A DNA stretch of 39,368 nt from Escherichia phage Sekstaphage-1: sequence record OR545379, one strand, 5' to 3'. The notes under the pieces were generated by a model. That model made no database searches and had not been told where the DNA came from. It saw only the letters and a program-made list of their open reading frames with translations. The position numbers were made by a program, and so were the translations under genes. This document shows positions 18,189-26,612 of this stretch, one piece after another. How positions within the stretch are numbered: position 1 is the stretch's first letter; the number at the start of each line of letters is the position of its first letter.

Positions 18189-19796
18189 ATGGCTGACTCT
18201 AAACGTACAGGCTTAGGCGAAGACGGTGCTAAAGCTACCTATGACCGCCTAACTAACGACCGTAGAGCCTATGAGACTCGTGCGGAAAACTGTGCGCAAT
18301 ACACCATTCCGTCCTTGTTCCCGAAGGAGTCCGATAACGAATCTACCGACTACACGACTCCGTGGCAGGCTGTAGGTGCGCGGGGTCTTAACAATCTGGC
18401 CTCTAAATTAATGCTGGCACTATTCCCGATGCAGTCGTGGATGAAGCTGACCATTAGTGAATATGAGGCGAAGCAGCTTGTTGGAGACCCTGATGGACTC
18501 GCTAAGGTGGACGAAGGTCTGTCTATGGTTGAGCGTATTATCATGAATTATATCGAATCCAACAGTTACCGTGTAACACTCTTTGAGTGCCTCAAGCAGT
18601 TGATCGTGGCAGGTAACGCACTGCTTTACTTACCGGAACCCGAAGGTAGCTACAATCCGATGAAGCTGTACCGATTGTCTTCTTATGTTGTCCAAAGAGA
18701 CGCATACGGCAATGTGTTACAGATTGTCACTCGTGACCAGATAGCCTTTGGTGCTCTCCCGGAAGACGTTCGGTCTGCGGTAGAGAAAGCTGGCGGTGAG
18801 AAGAAGATGGACGAAATGGTCGATGTGTACACCCATGTGTATCTCGATGAAGAGTCCGGCGATTACCTCAAATACGAGGAAGTAGAGGACGTTGAGATTG
18901 ATGGCTCAGATGCAACCTATCCGACTGACGCGATGCCCTACATTCCGGTTCGCATGGTTCGCATTGATGGCGAGTCTTACGGTCGCTCTTACTGTGAAGA
19001 ATACTTAGGTGACTTAAGGTCGCTTGAGAATCTCCAAGAGGCTATCGTTAAGATGAGTATGATTAGCGCGAAGGTCATCGGTCTGGTCAACCCCGCTGGT
19101 ATTACACAACCGCGTCGATTAACCAAGGCTCAGACTGGTGACTTCGTTCCGGGTCGTCGAGAAGATATTGACTTCCTGCAACTGGAGAAGCAAGCTGACT
19201 TTACCGTAGCGAAAGCTGTGAGTGACCAGATAGAAGCACGCTTATCGTATGCCTTTATGTTGAACTCTGCGGTACAGCGCACAGGTGAACGTGTGACCGC
19301 CGAAGAGATTCGGTACGTTGCGTCAGAACTGGAAGATACGCTTGGTGGCGTCTATTCGATTCTGTCTCAAGAACTGCAATTGCCTCTGGTTCGTGTGCTC
19401 TTGAAGCAACTCCAAGCAACCTCGCAGATTCCTGAGCTACCGAAAGAAGCCGTTGAGCCTACTATCAGTACAGGTCTGGAAGCAATCGGGCGTGGTCAAG
19501 ACCTCGATAAACTGGAGCGCTGTATCTCCGCTTGGGCTGCTCTGGCTCCTATGCGGGGAGACCCGGACATTAACCTTGCTGTCATTAAGCTGCGCATTGC
19601 TAACGCAATTGGTATTGATACTTCTGGTATCCTACTGACGGACGAGCAGAAGCAAGCACTGATGATGCAGGATGCGGCCCAAACAGGTATCGAGAACGCT
19701 GCCGCCACTGGTGGGGCTGGTGTGGGTGCTCTAGCGACCTCAAGTCCAGAAGCTATGCAGGGTGCCGCAGCACAGGCTGGCCTAGACGCCACCTAA
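18189..19796 (+). CDS. 8: Portal (head-tail connector) protein
   Basis: 535-aa ORF with AAGGAGG ribosome-binding site; position and size of T7 gp8. Confidence 0.95.
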   Translation: MADSKRTGLGEDGAKATYDRLTNDRRAYETRAENCAQYTIPSLFPKESDNESTDYTTPWQAVGARGLNNLASKLMLALFPMQSWMKLTISEYEAKQLVGDPDGLAKVDEGLSMVERIIMNYIESNSYRVTLFECLKQLIVAGNALLYLPEPEGSYNPMKLYRLSSYVVQRDAYGNVLQIVTRDQIAFGALPEDVRSAVEKAGGEKKMDEMVDVYTHVYLDEESGDYLKYEEVEDVEIDGSDATYPTDAMPYIPVRMVRIDGESYGRSYCEEYLGDLRSLENLQEAIVKMSMISAKVIGLVNPAGITQPRRLTKAQTGDFVPGRREDIDFLQLEKQADFTVAKAVSDQIEARLSYAFMLNSAVQRTGERVTAEEIRYVASELEDTLGGVYSILSQELQLPLVRVLLKQLQATSQIPELPKEAVEPTISTGLEAIGRGQDLDKLERCISAWAALAPMRGDPDINLAVIKLRIANAIGIDTSGILLTDEQKQALMMQDAAQTGIENAAATGGAGVGALATSSPEAMQGAAAQAGLDAT

Positions 19797-19816
19797 TAAC
19801 CCTCACTAAAGGGAGA
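19794..19816 (+). promoter_or_regulatory. Phage RNAP promoter (phi9-like)
   Basis: tAATAACCCTCACTAAAGGGAGA. Confidence 0.85.
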
Positions 19817-19896
19817 CCTCATCTTTGAAATGAGCGATGACTAAAGGTTGGAGTCCTTTGGTTTCCCTTATCTTTAACAACTTAGGAGATTTAACA

Positions 19897-20829
19897 ATGG
19901 CTGAATCTAATGCAGACGTTTATGCGTCCTTCGGTGTGAACAACGCGGTAATGACCGGAAGCACACCTACTGAACACGAACAGAATATGCTGAGTCTCGA
20001 TGTTGCTGCCCGTGATGGTGATGATGCAATCGTACTTAGCGAGGAACCAATCTCCAATTCTGATGACCCATATGCATCCGGTGTAGACCCGTTCGCTGAT
20101 GGTGAAGATGATGAGGGCCGCATTCAGGTTCGTATCAGCGAAGATGGCAATGAAGCCGAGTTCGACACTGATGGCGATAACTCTGAGGTGGAGACCGAAG
20201 GTGCGGACGTTGAGTTTGAACCGCTGGGTGACACTCCAGAAGAACTAAGCCAAGTGACTGAGCAATTAGGTCAGCACGAAGAAGGCTTTCAGGCGATGGT
20301 AGAGCAGGCGGTTGAGCGTGGACTTAGCGCAGACTCTGTGACCCGAATCTACGAAGAGTATGAAGCCGATGGTATCTCTGAGAAATCCTACGCGGAACTC
20401 GAAGCTGCTGGCTATAGTCGTGCCTTTGTGGACTCCTACATCTCCGGTCAGGAAGCCCTTGTAGACCAGTACGTCAATCAGGTAGTTGCCTTTGCTGGTG
20501 GTAAGGAGCGCTTTAGCGCAATCCATACGCACCTTGAAGCAACCAACCCGGCTGCTGCTGAGTCCCTTGAGTCTGCCATGATGAACCGAGACTTGGCGAC
20601 CGTCAAAGCGATTATCAATCTGGCTGGTGAGAGCTACACGAAGAAATTCGGTAAGCCTGCCAACCGTAGTGTTACCAAGCGTGCTACTCCGGTTAAACCC
20701 GTAGCTCGTCAGAAAGAGGGCTTTACGAATCAGGCTGAGATGATTAAAGCTATGAGCGACCCGCGCTATCGTAGCGATTCTGCCTACCGCCAAATGGTAG
20801 AACAGAAGGTTATCGACTCCAGTTTCTAA
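19897..20829 (+). CDS. 9: Capsid scaffolding protein
   Basis: 310 aa from ATG 19897 (MAESNADVYASFGVN...), acidic, collinear with T7 gp9; AGGAGA ribosome-binding site. The track start at 19837 is an upstream extension. Confidence 0.9.
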   Translation: MAESNADVYASFGVNNAVMTGSTPTEHEQNMLSLDVAARDGDDAIVLSEEPISNSDDPYASGVDPFADGEDDEGRIQVRISEDGNEAEFDTDGDNSEVETEGADVEFEPLGDTPEELSQVTEQLGQHEEGFQAMVEQAVERGLSADSVTRIYEEYEADGISEKSYAELEAAGYSRAFVDSYISGQEALVDQYVNQVVAFAGGKERFSAIHTHLEATNPAAAESLESAMMNRDLATVKAIINLAGESYTKKFGKPANRSVTKRATPVKPVARQKEGFTNQAEMIKAMSDPRYRSDSAYRQMVEQKVIDSSF

Positions 20830-20850
20830 TTAACCCTCACTAAAGGGAGA
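20828..20850 (+). promoter_or_regulatory. Phage RNAP promoter (phi10-like)
   Basis: AATTAACCCTCACTAAAGGGAGA, exact consensus. Confidence 0.9.
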
Positions 20851-20985
20851 GACCATAGATGCCTACAATGGTTGAATCACCTGAGCACAGAACTTTGTGG
20901 TCACTCCCATAGGTGAAACATTGAGAACCAACTCGATTCAAGTAGTAACCAAACTTTTCTTTAAATTAACATAAGGAGATTCAAC

Positions 20986-22023
20986 ATGGCTAACATTCAA
21001 GGCGGACAGCAAATTGGTACTAATCAGGGTAAGGGTCAGTCCGCAGCGGACAAATTGGCGCTGTTCCTGAAAGTGTTCGGCGGTGAAGTCCTGACGGCTT
21101 TCGCTCGCACCTCCGTGACCATGCCTCGTCACATGCTGCGCTCTATTGCTTCTGGTAAGTCCGCACAGTTCCCTGTGATTGGTCGCACCAAAGCTGCTTA
21201 CCTGAAACCGGGTGAGAACCTCGATGACAAACGTAAGGATATCAAACACACCGAGAAGGTAATCCACATTGATGGCCTGCTGACTGCGGACGTTCTGATT
21301 TACGACATTGAGGACGCGCTGAACCACTACGACGTTCGCGCTGAGTACACCGCACAGTTGGGTGAATCTCTGGCGATGGCGGCTGACGGTGCTGTACTGG
21401 CAGAACTGGCTGGTCTGGTTAACCTGCCGGACGCCTCCAATGAGAACATTGAGGGTCTCGGTAAGCCAACCGTACTGACTCTGGTTAAACCGACCGCTGG
21501 CGACCTTACAGACCCGGTTGAGCTGGGTAAAGCGATTATTGCTCAGTTGACTATCGCTCGTGCATCCCTGACCAAGAACTACGTTCCGGCTGCTGACCGC
21601 ACCTTCTACACCACTCCAGACAACTACTCTGCGATTCTGGCTGCCCTGATGCCGAACGCTGCAAACTATCAGGCACTGATTGACCCTGAGCGCGGTACTA
21701 TCCGTAACGTGATGGGCTTCGAAGTGGTTGAGGTTCCACACCTGACCGCTGGTGGCGCTGGTGATACCCGTGAGGATGCCCCGGCTGACCAGAAGCACGC
21801 TTTCCCGGCGACTTCCAGCACTACCGTTAAGGTTGCTCTGGATAACGTTGTTGGCCTGTTCCAGCACCGCTCTGCGGTTGGTACGGTCAAACTGAAAGAC
21901 TTGGCTCTGGAGCGTGCTCGTCGTGCGAACTATCAGGCTGACCAGATTATCGCTAAGTACGCGATGGGTCACGGCGGTCTGCGTCCAGAAGCTGCTGGCG
22001 CTATCGTGCTCCCAAAGGCGTAG
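20986..22023 (+). CDS. 10A: Major capsid protein 10A
   Basis: 345 aa, highly similar to T7 gp10A (MANIQGGQQIGTNQGKG...LRPEAAGAIVLPKA); AAGGAGA ribosome-binding site. Confidence 0.97.
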   Translation: MANIQGGQQIGTNQGKGQSAADKLALFLKVFGGEVLTAFARTSVTMPRHMLRSIASGKSAQFPVIGRTKAAYLKPGENLDDKRKDIKHTEKVIHIDGLLTADVLIYDIEDALNHYDVRAEYTAQLGESLAMAADGAVLAELAGLVNLPDASNENIEGLGKPTVLTLVKPTAGDLTDPVELGKAIIAQLTIARASLTKNYVPAADRTFYTTPDNYSAILAALMPNAANYQALIDPERGTIRNVMGFEVVEVPHLTAGGAGDTREDAPADQKHAFPATSSTTVKVALDNVVGLFQHRSAVGTVKLKDLALERARRANYQADQIIAKYAMGHGGLRPEAAGAIVLPKA

Positions 22024-22286
22024 GAGTAATTCCCGACCCCACTGGAGTTGCGTTAAGTCAAAAGACTATGACGCTTGTTGAGGGTGCATCCCGTGCCCTC
22101 ACAGGAACAGTCCAGCCTTCCGATGCGAACCAGTCGCTAATCTGGACGTCTTCTGCTGAAGGTGTGGCTGTATGGGAAGCTGGAAAGGTTGTCGCTAAAG
22201 GTGTTGGAACAGCAGAGATTACAGCTACCACCGTCAATGGCCTGACCGCTTCCTGTAAGGTGACTGTTAACGCCGCAACGTCTTAA
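20986..22286 (+). CDS. 10B: Minor capsid protein 10B (frameshift product of 10A with a C-terminal Ig-like extension)
   Basis: The -1 frame downstream of the slippery site encodes about 90 aa including a Big_2-like segment (TVQPSDANQSLIWTSSAEGVAVWEAGKVVAKGVGTAEITATTVNGLTASCKVTVNA). Confidence 0.6.
22011..22017 (+). promoter_or_regulatory. Candidate -1 programmed ribosomal frameshift heptamer C_CCA_AAG
   Basis: X_XXY_YYZ slippery sequence 2 codons before the 10A stop; the -1 frame stays open from here to 22286. Confidence 0.6.
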
Positions 22287-22449
22287 AACACGTAGTGCCC
22301 AATTAGGGCATCATGTGGCGTGAAGCACTCTCAAGCCTCGAAGTGGCACATACGTCTGACTATGGGGACTACCAAGAGCTACGACTATCATTTGGGCAAC
22401 CACCCTGAAAGCTCGTTGTGATTGGGATAACAATCTACTAATATGCAAA

Positions 22450-22488
22450 CCCCTTGGGTTCCCTCTTTGGGAGTCTGAGGGGTTTTTT
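22450..22488 (+). terminator. Major late terminator (Tphi-like)
   Basis: 14-bp GC-rich stem CCCCTTGGGTTCCC / GGGAGTCTGAGGGG followed by TTTTTT; resembles T7 Tphi. Confidence 0.85.
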
Positions 22489-22489
22489 G

Positions 22490-22512
22490 CTTAAACCCTC
22501 ACTAACAGGAGG
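22490..22512 (+). promoter_or_regulatory. Phage RNAP promoter (phi11-like) directly after Tphi
   Basis: cTTAAACCCTCACTAACAGGAGg. Confidence 0.75.
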
Positions 22513-22519
22513 TATCATT

Positions 22520-23110
22520 ATGCGTTCTTATGAGATGAACATTGAGACCGCAGAAGAGCTATCAGCCGTCAACGACATTCTGGCTTCCATCGGTGAGCCA
22601 CCAGTATCGACCCTTGAGGGTGATGCAAACGCTGATGTTACAAATGCTCGACGTGTGCTCAACAAGATTAACCGACAGATTCAGTCACGAGGATGGACAT
22701 TCAACATCGAAGAGGGCGTGACTCTTCTACCAGATGCATTCTCTGGCATGATACCGTTTAGCTCTGACTATCTGTCAGTAATGGCTACAAGCGGTCAGAC
22801 CCAATATGTCAACCGTGGTGGCTATCTCTATGACCGCTCTGCGAAGACTGACCGATTTCCTTCTGGTGTTCAGGTCAACCTGATTCGTCTGAGAGAGTTC
22901 GATGAGATGCCTGAGTGCTTCCGTAACTACATCGTCACCAAGGCTTCACGCCAGTTCAACAACCGATTCTTCGGTGCGCCGGAGGTTGATGGGGTGCTCC
23001 AAGAAGAAGAACAGGAAGCGTGGCGTGCGTGCTTCGAGTACGAACTAGACTACGGCAACTACAACATGCTGGACGGTGACGCATTCACCTCTGGTCTACT
23101 TAACCGCTAA
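22520..23110 (+). CDS. 11: Tail tubular protein A (gp11)
   Basis: 196 aa from ATG 22520 ([35 protein letters not shown]...), collinear with T7 gp11. The track start at 22454 is an upstream extension. Confidence 0.95.
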   Translation: MRSYEMNIETAEELSAVNDILASIGEPPVSTLEGDANADVTNARRVLNKINRQIQSRGWTFNIEEGVTLLPDAFSGMIPFSSDYLSVMATSGQTQYVNRGGYLYDRSAKTDRFPSGVQVNLIRLREFDEMPECFRNYIVTKASRQFNNRFFGAPEVDGVLQEEEQEAWRACFEYELDYGNYNMLDGDAFTSGLLNR

Positions 23111-23125
23111 TCACAAGGAGGCTCT

Positions 23126-25531
23126 ATGGCTCTCATTAGTCAATCAATCAAGAACCTCAAGGGTGGTATCAGCCAACAGCCAGATATTCTCCGGTTCGCT
23201 GAACAAGGTAGCGTACAGATTAACGGTTGGTCTTCTGAGTCCGAGGGTCTCCAGAAGCGCCCACCGATGATTCACCTTAAGACCCTTGGCCCTACCGGGT
23301 ACGTAGGTGCGCAACCTTACGTGCATCTTATCAACCGGGATGAGTTCGAGCAGTATTTCGTGGTGTTCACTGGTGAGGACATTAAGGTGTTCGATCTGGA
23401 TGGTAAGGAGTACCAAGTACGTGGAGACCGCTCTTATGTGCGCACAGCTAACCCACGGGAAGACCTTCGGATGGTAACGGTGGCTGACTACACCTTTGTG
23501 ACCAACCGTAAGGTGGTTGTGCAAAGTAACGACCAATCGGTCAACCTTCCGGGCTTTAAAGACCAAGGCGATGCATTAATCAACGTCCGTGGTGGACAAT
23601 ATGGGCGTAGACTCTCAATCGAGTTCAACGGGGCTGAGCGTGCTGCTGTTCAACTACCAGACGGCTCACAACCAGCACACGTCAATGAGGTTGACGGTCA
23701 GGCCATCGCTGAGAAGCTGGCGGCTCAGTTGCGGAATAACCTAGGGAACCCCAACAATGACCAAGACCCAAATAAGTGGCGGTTCAATGTTGGCCCCGGA
23801 TTCATCCATATCCTTGCGCCAAATAACGATAACGTTTGGGGACTACAGACTAAGGATGGTTACGCAGACCAGCTAATCAACCCTGTAACCCATTACACTC
23901 AGTCGTTCCAGAAGCTGCCTATTAACGCGCCAGATGGGTACATTGTGAAGATTGTAGGTGACACCTCCAAGACTGCCGACCAGTATTACGTTAGGTTCGA
24001 CCTCAACCGTAAGGTGTGGGTAGAAACAATTGGATGGAACACAAGGACTCACCTACATTACCACACGATGCCTTGGGCACTGGTACGTGCTTCTGACGGG
24101 AACTTTGACTTCAAGGTACTTGAGTGGGGTGCTCGTACTGTGGGTGATGATACAACTAACCCATACCCTTCCTTTACCGGACAGACAATCAACGATATTT
24201 TCTTCTTCCGCAACCGTTTGGGATTCCTTAGCGGGGAGAACATCATCTTGTCTCGCACCTCGAAATACTTCAACTTCTTCCCGGCCTCCGTGTCAAACTA
24301 CTCCGACGATGACCCAATCGACGTTGCGGTTAGCCATAACCGGGTGTCAACCTTGAAGTATGCCGTTCCGTTCTCCGAAGAGTTGCTCCTGTGGTCTGAC
24401 CAAGCGCAGTTCGTTCTGACAGCCTCTGGTATCCTATCGAGCCGCTCCGTAGAGTTGGACCTTACGACTCAGTTCGACGTGCAAGACAGGGCACGCCCAC
24501 ATGGTGTAGGGCGGAATGTATACTTTTCGTCACCTCGCGCTTCCTTCACATCCATTAACCGATACTATGCGGTACAGGATGTAAGCTCTGTGAAGAACGC
24601 AGAGGACATGACGGCTCACGTTCCGAACTACATACCGAATGGGGTATTTAGTATCTCAGGAACAACTGCTGAGAACTTCGTGGCTATCCTTACGAGCGGT
24701 GCGCCGAACCGAGTGTATATCTACAAGTTCCTCTACATTGACGAGGAAATCAGGCAGCAGTCGTGGTCTCATTGGGACTTTGGGGACAACGTTACGGTGT
24801 TCGCAGCACAGGCCATAAACTCAACAATGACAGTATTGATGAGCAATGAACATGCTGTGTGGATGGGGCGCTTACACTTCACGAAGGACTCCATAGACCT
24901 TCCGGGAGAACCTTATAGGTTGTATATCGACGCTAAGAGAAAGTACACCATCCCTGCTGGGACGTACAACGATGATACCTACCAGACGTCAATAAGCCTC
25001 TCAACGATTTACGGGATGAACTTCACGAAGGGTAGGGTTTCGGTGGTCTTTCCTGATGGGAAGATTGTAGAGATAGACCAGCCAATCAACGGGTGGAGTA
25101 GCGACCCAATGCTGAGACTTGATGGGAACCAAGAGGGCCAAGTGGTTTACATTGGGTTCAACATCCCGTTCACTTATACGTTCTCGAAGTTCCTCATTAA
25201 GAAGACTGCTGAGGACGGCTCGACGGCTACCGAGGATATTGGTCGCTTACAGCTTCGGCGTGCGTGGGTAAACTATGAGGACTCTGGAGCGTTCACCATC
25301 CGTGTGAACAACCTGTCCCGTGAGTTCATCTACACAATGGCTGGTGCTCGCTTGGGTTCTGACAATCTGCGTGTTGGCAGGTCGAACATTGGCACAGGGC
25401 AGTACCGCTTCCCGGTGGTGGGTAATGCGCAGACGAACCTAGTAACTATCGAGTCCGATGCGTCTACCCCATTGAACATCATTGGGTGCGGCTGGGAGGG
25501 GAACTACCTTCGTCGTTCTTCGGGCATTTAA
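23126..25531 (+). CDS. 12: Tail tubular protein B (gp12)
   Basis: 801-aa ORF with AAGGAGG ribosome-binding site; position and size of T7 gp12. Confidence 0.95.
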   Translation: MALISQSIKNLKGGISQQPDILRFAEQGSVQINGWSSESEGLQKRPPMIHLKTLGPTGYVGAQPYVHLINRDEFEQYFVVFTGEDIKVFDLDGKEYQVRGDRSYVRTANPREDLRMVTVADYTFVTNRKVVVQSNDQSVNLPGFKDQGDALINVRGGQYGRRLSIEFNGAERAAVQLPDGSQPAHVNEVDGQAIAEKLAAQLRNNLGNPNNDQDPNKWRFNVGPGFIHILAPNNDNVWGLQTKDGYADQLINPVTHYTQSFQKLPINAPDGYIVKIVGDTSKTADQYYVRFDLNRKVWVETIGWNTRTHLHYHTMPWALVRASDGNFDFKVLEWGARTVGDDTTNPYPSFTGQTINDIFFFRNRLGFLSGENIILSRTSKYFNFFPASVSNYSDDDPIDVAVSHNRVSTLKYAVPFSEELLLWSDQAQFVLTASGILSSRSVELDLTTQFDVQDRARPHGVGRNVYFSSPRASFTSINRYYAVQDVSSVKNAEDMTAHVPNYIPNGVFSISGTTAENFVAILTSGAPNRVYIYKFLYIDEEIRQQSWSHWDFGDNVTVFAAQAINSTMTVLMSNEHAVWMGRLHFTKDSIDLPGEPYRLYIDAKRKYTIPAGTYNDDTYQTSISLSTIYGMNFTKGRVSVVFPDGKIVEIDQPINGWSSDPMLRLDGNQEGQVVYIGFNIPFTYTFSKFLIKKTAEDGSTATEDIGRLQLRRAWVNYEDSGAFTIRVNNLSREFIYTMAGARLGSDNLRVGRSNIGTGQYRFPVVGNAQTNLVTIESDASTPLNIIGCGWEGNYLRRSSGI

Positions 25532-25551
25532 CTTAAAGTCTCCCTGTGGTG

Positions 25552-25574
25552 AATTAACCCTCACTAAAGGGAGA
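25552..25574 (+). promoter_or_regulatory. Phage RNAP promoter (phi13-like)
   Basis: AATTAACCCTCACTAAAGGGAGA, exact consensus. Confidence 0.9.
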
Positions 25575-25603
25575 CACTAATAGATACGAGGGGTTAAAGC
25601 ATT

Positions 25604-26014
25604 ATGTACATTACAAAGTGTTTACAAATCCATGCCGACAACTTTCAGCCGTCCATAGAGGACATTCTGGAAGCTGAGGCACTAGGTGTTGAACCAAAGG
25701 TAATTCCTGATGAGAACACTGTGGCGCTGCTGAGCGATAGCGCTGTGTTGGCAATCGGTGGCAATCAGGGAGACCGAGTATGGTTCCTTACCTCTAAGTA
25801 CGTCCCGCTGTTTACCTTGAAGGAGCGCTTAGAGTTTCGTAGACTTATCATTGAATATCGTGATATGATGCTGAGCCAGTACGAGTCCATTTGGAATTTC
25901 GTTTGGGTAGGCAATAAGTCACACATTCGTTTCCTAAAGACCATAGGTGCGGTATTCCATAATGAGTTTACCGCTGATGGTCAATTTCAATTATTTACTA
26001 TCAGTAGGAGGTAA
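25604..26014 (+). CDS. 13: Internal virion protein A (gp13)
   Basis: 136-aa ORF between genes 12 and 14 downstream of a phage promoter; assigned mainly by synteny. Confidence 0.65.
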   Translation: MYITKCLQIHADNFQPSIEDILEAEALGVEPKVIPDENTVALLSDSAVLAIGGNQGDRVWFLTSKYVPLFTLKERLEFRRLIIEYRDMMLSQYESIWNFVWVGNKSHIRFLKTIGAVFHNEFTADGQFQLFTISRR

Positions 26015-26016
26015 CT

Positions 26017-26610
26017 ATGTGCTGGATGGCAGCGATTCCTATTGCTATGGCGGGTGCCCAAGCTCTAAGTAGCCAGAACAGTGCTGACAAGGCGCGAGTG
26101 GCACAGACAGAAGCTGGACGCCGACAGGCAATTGAGATGGTAAAAGAGATGAATATCCAGAATGCAAACGCCTCGCTTGAACAACGAGACGCCCTTGAAG
26201 CTGCATCCTCTGAGTTGACTTCACGTAACATGCAGAAGGTACAGGCTATGGGAACCATCCGTGCAGCTATTGGCGAGGGTATGCTCGAAGGTGAGTCCAT
26301 GAAGCGCATCAAGCGTATCGAAGAGGGCAAGTACATTCGGGAGGCAAACAGCGTAACAGAGAACTACCGCCGAGACTACGCTAGTATCTTTGCGCAACAG
26401 TTGGGACGCACTCAGTCCACAGCAAGTCAAGTCGATGCAATGTACAAGAGCGAGGCAAAAGGTAAGTCTGGTCTGATGCGTGTACTAGACCCTCTGTCCA
26501 TTATGGGTCAGGGAGCTGCAAGTCAATATGCAGCTGGTGGATTTGACAAGAAAGGTGGAAACCAAGCAGCACCTATCAGTGCCGCCAAAGGAACCAAGAC
26601 CGGGAGGTAA
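26017..26610 (+). CDS. 14: Internal virion (core) protein B (gp14)
   Basis: 197-aa ORF with AGGAGG ribosome-binding site; size and position of T7 gp14. Confidence 0.85.
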   Translation: MCWMAAIPIAMAGAQALSSQNSADKARVAQTEAGRRQAIEMVKEMNIQNANASLEQRDALEAASSELTSRNMQKVQAMGTIRAAIGEGMLEGESMKRIKRIEEGKYIREANSVTENYRRDYASIFAQQLGRTQSTASQVDAMYKSEAKGKSGLMRVLDPLSIMGQGAASQYAAGGFDKKGGNQAAPISAAKGTKTGR

Positions 26611-26612
26611 TA

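Noticed and set aside
20938-21972. 344-aa ORF on the minus strand
   Set aside because: Antisense to the major capsid gene; long antisense ORFs are a common artefact in highly expressed genes with biased codon usage.
22317-22415. 32-codon ORF in the 10B to Tphi spacer (ATG about 22317)
   Set aside because: No ribosome-binding site and no recognisable similarity; kept only as part of the spacer finding.
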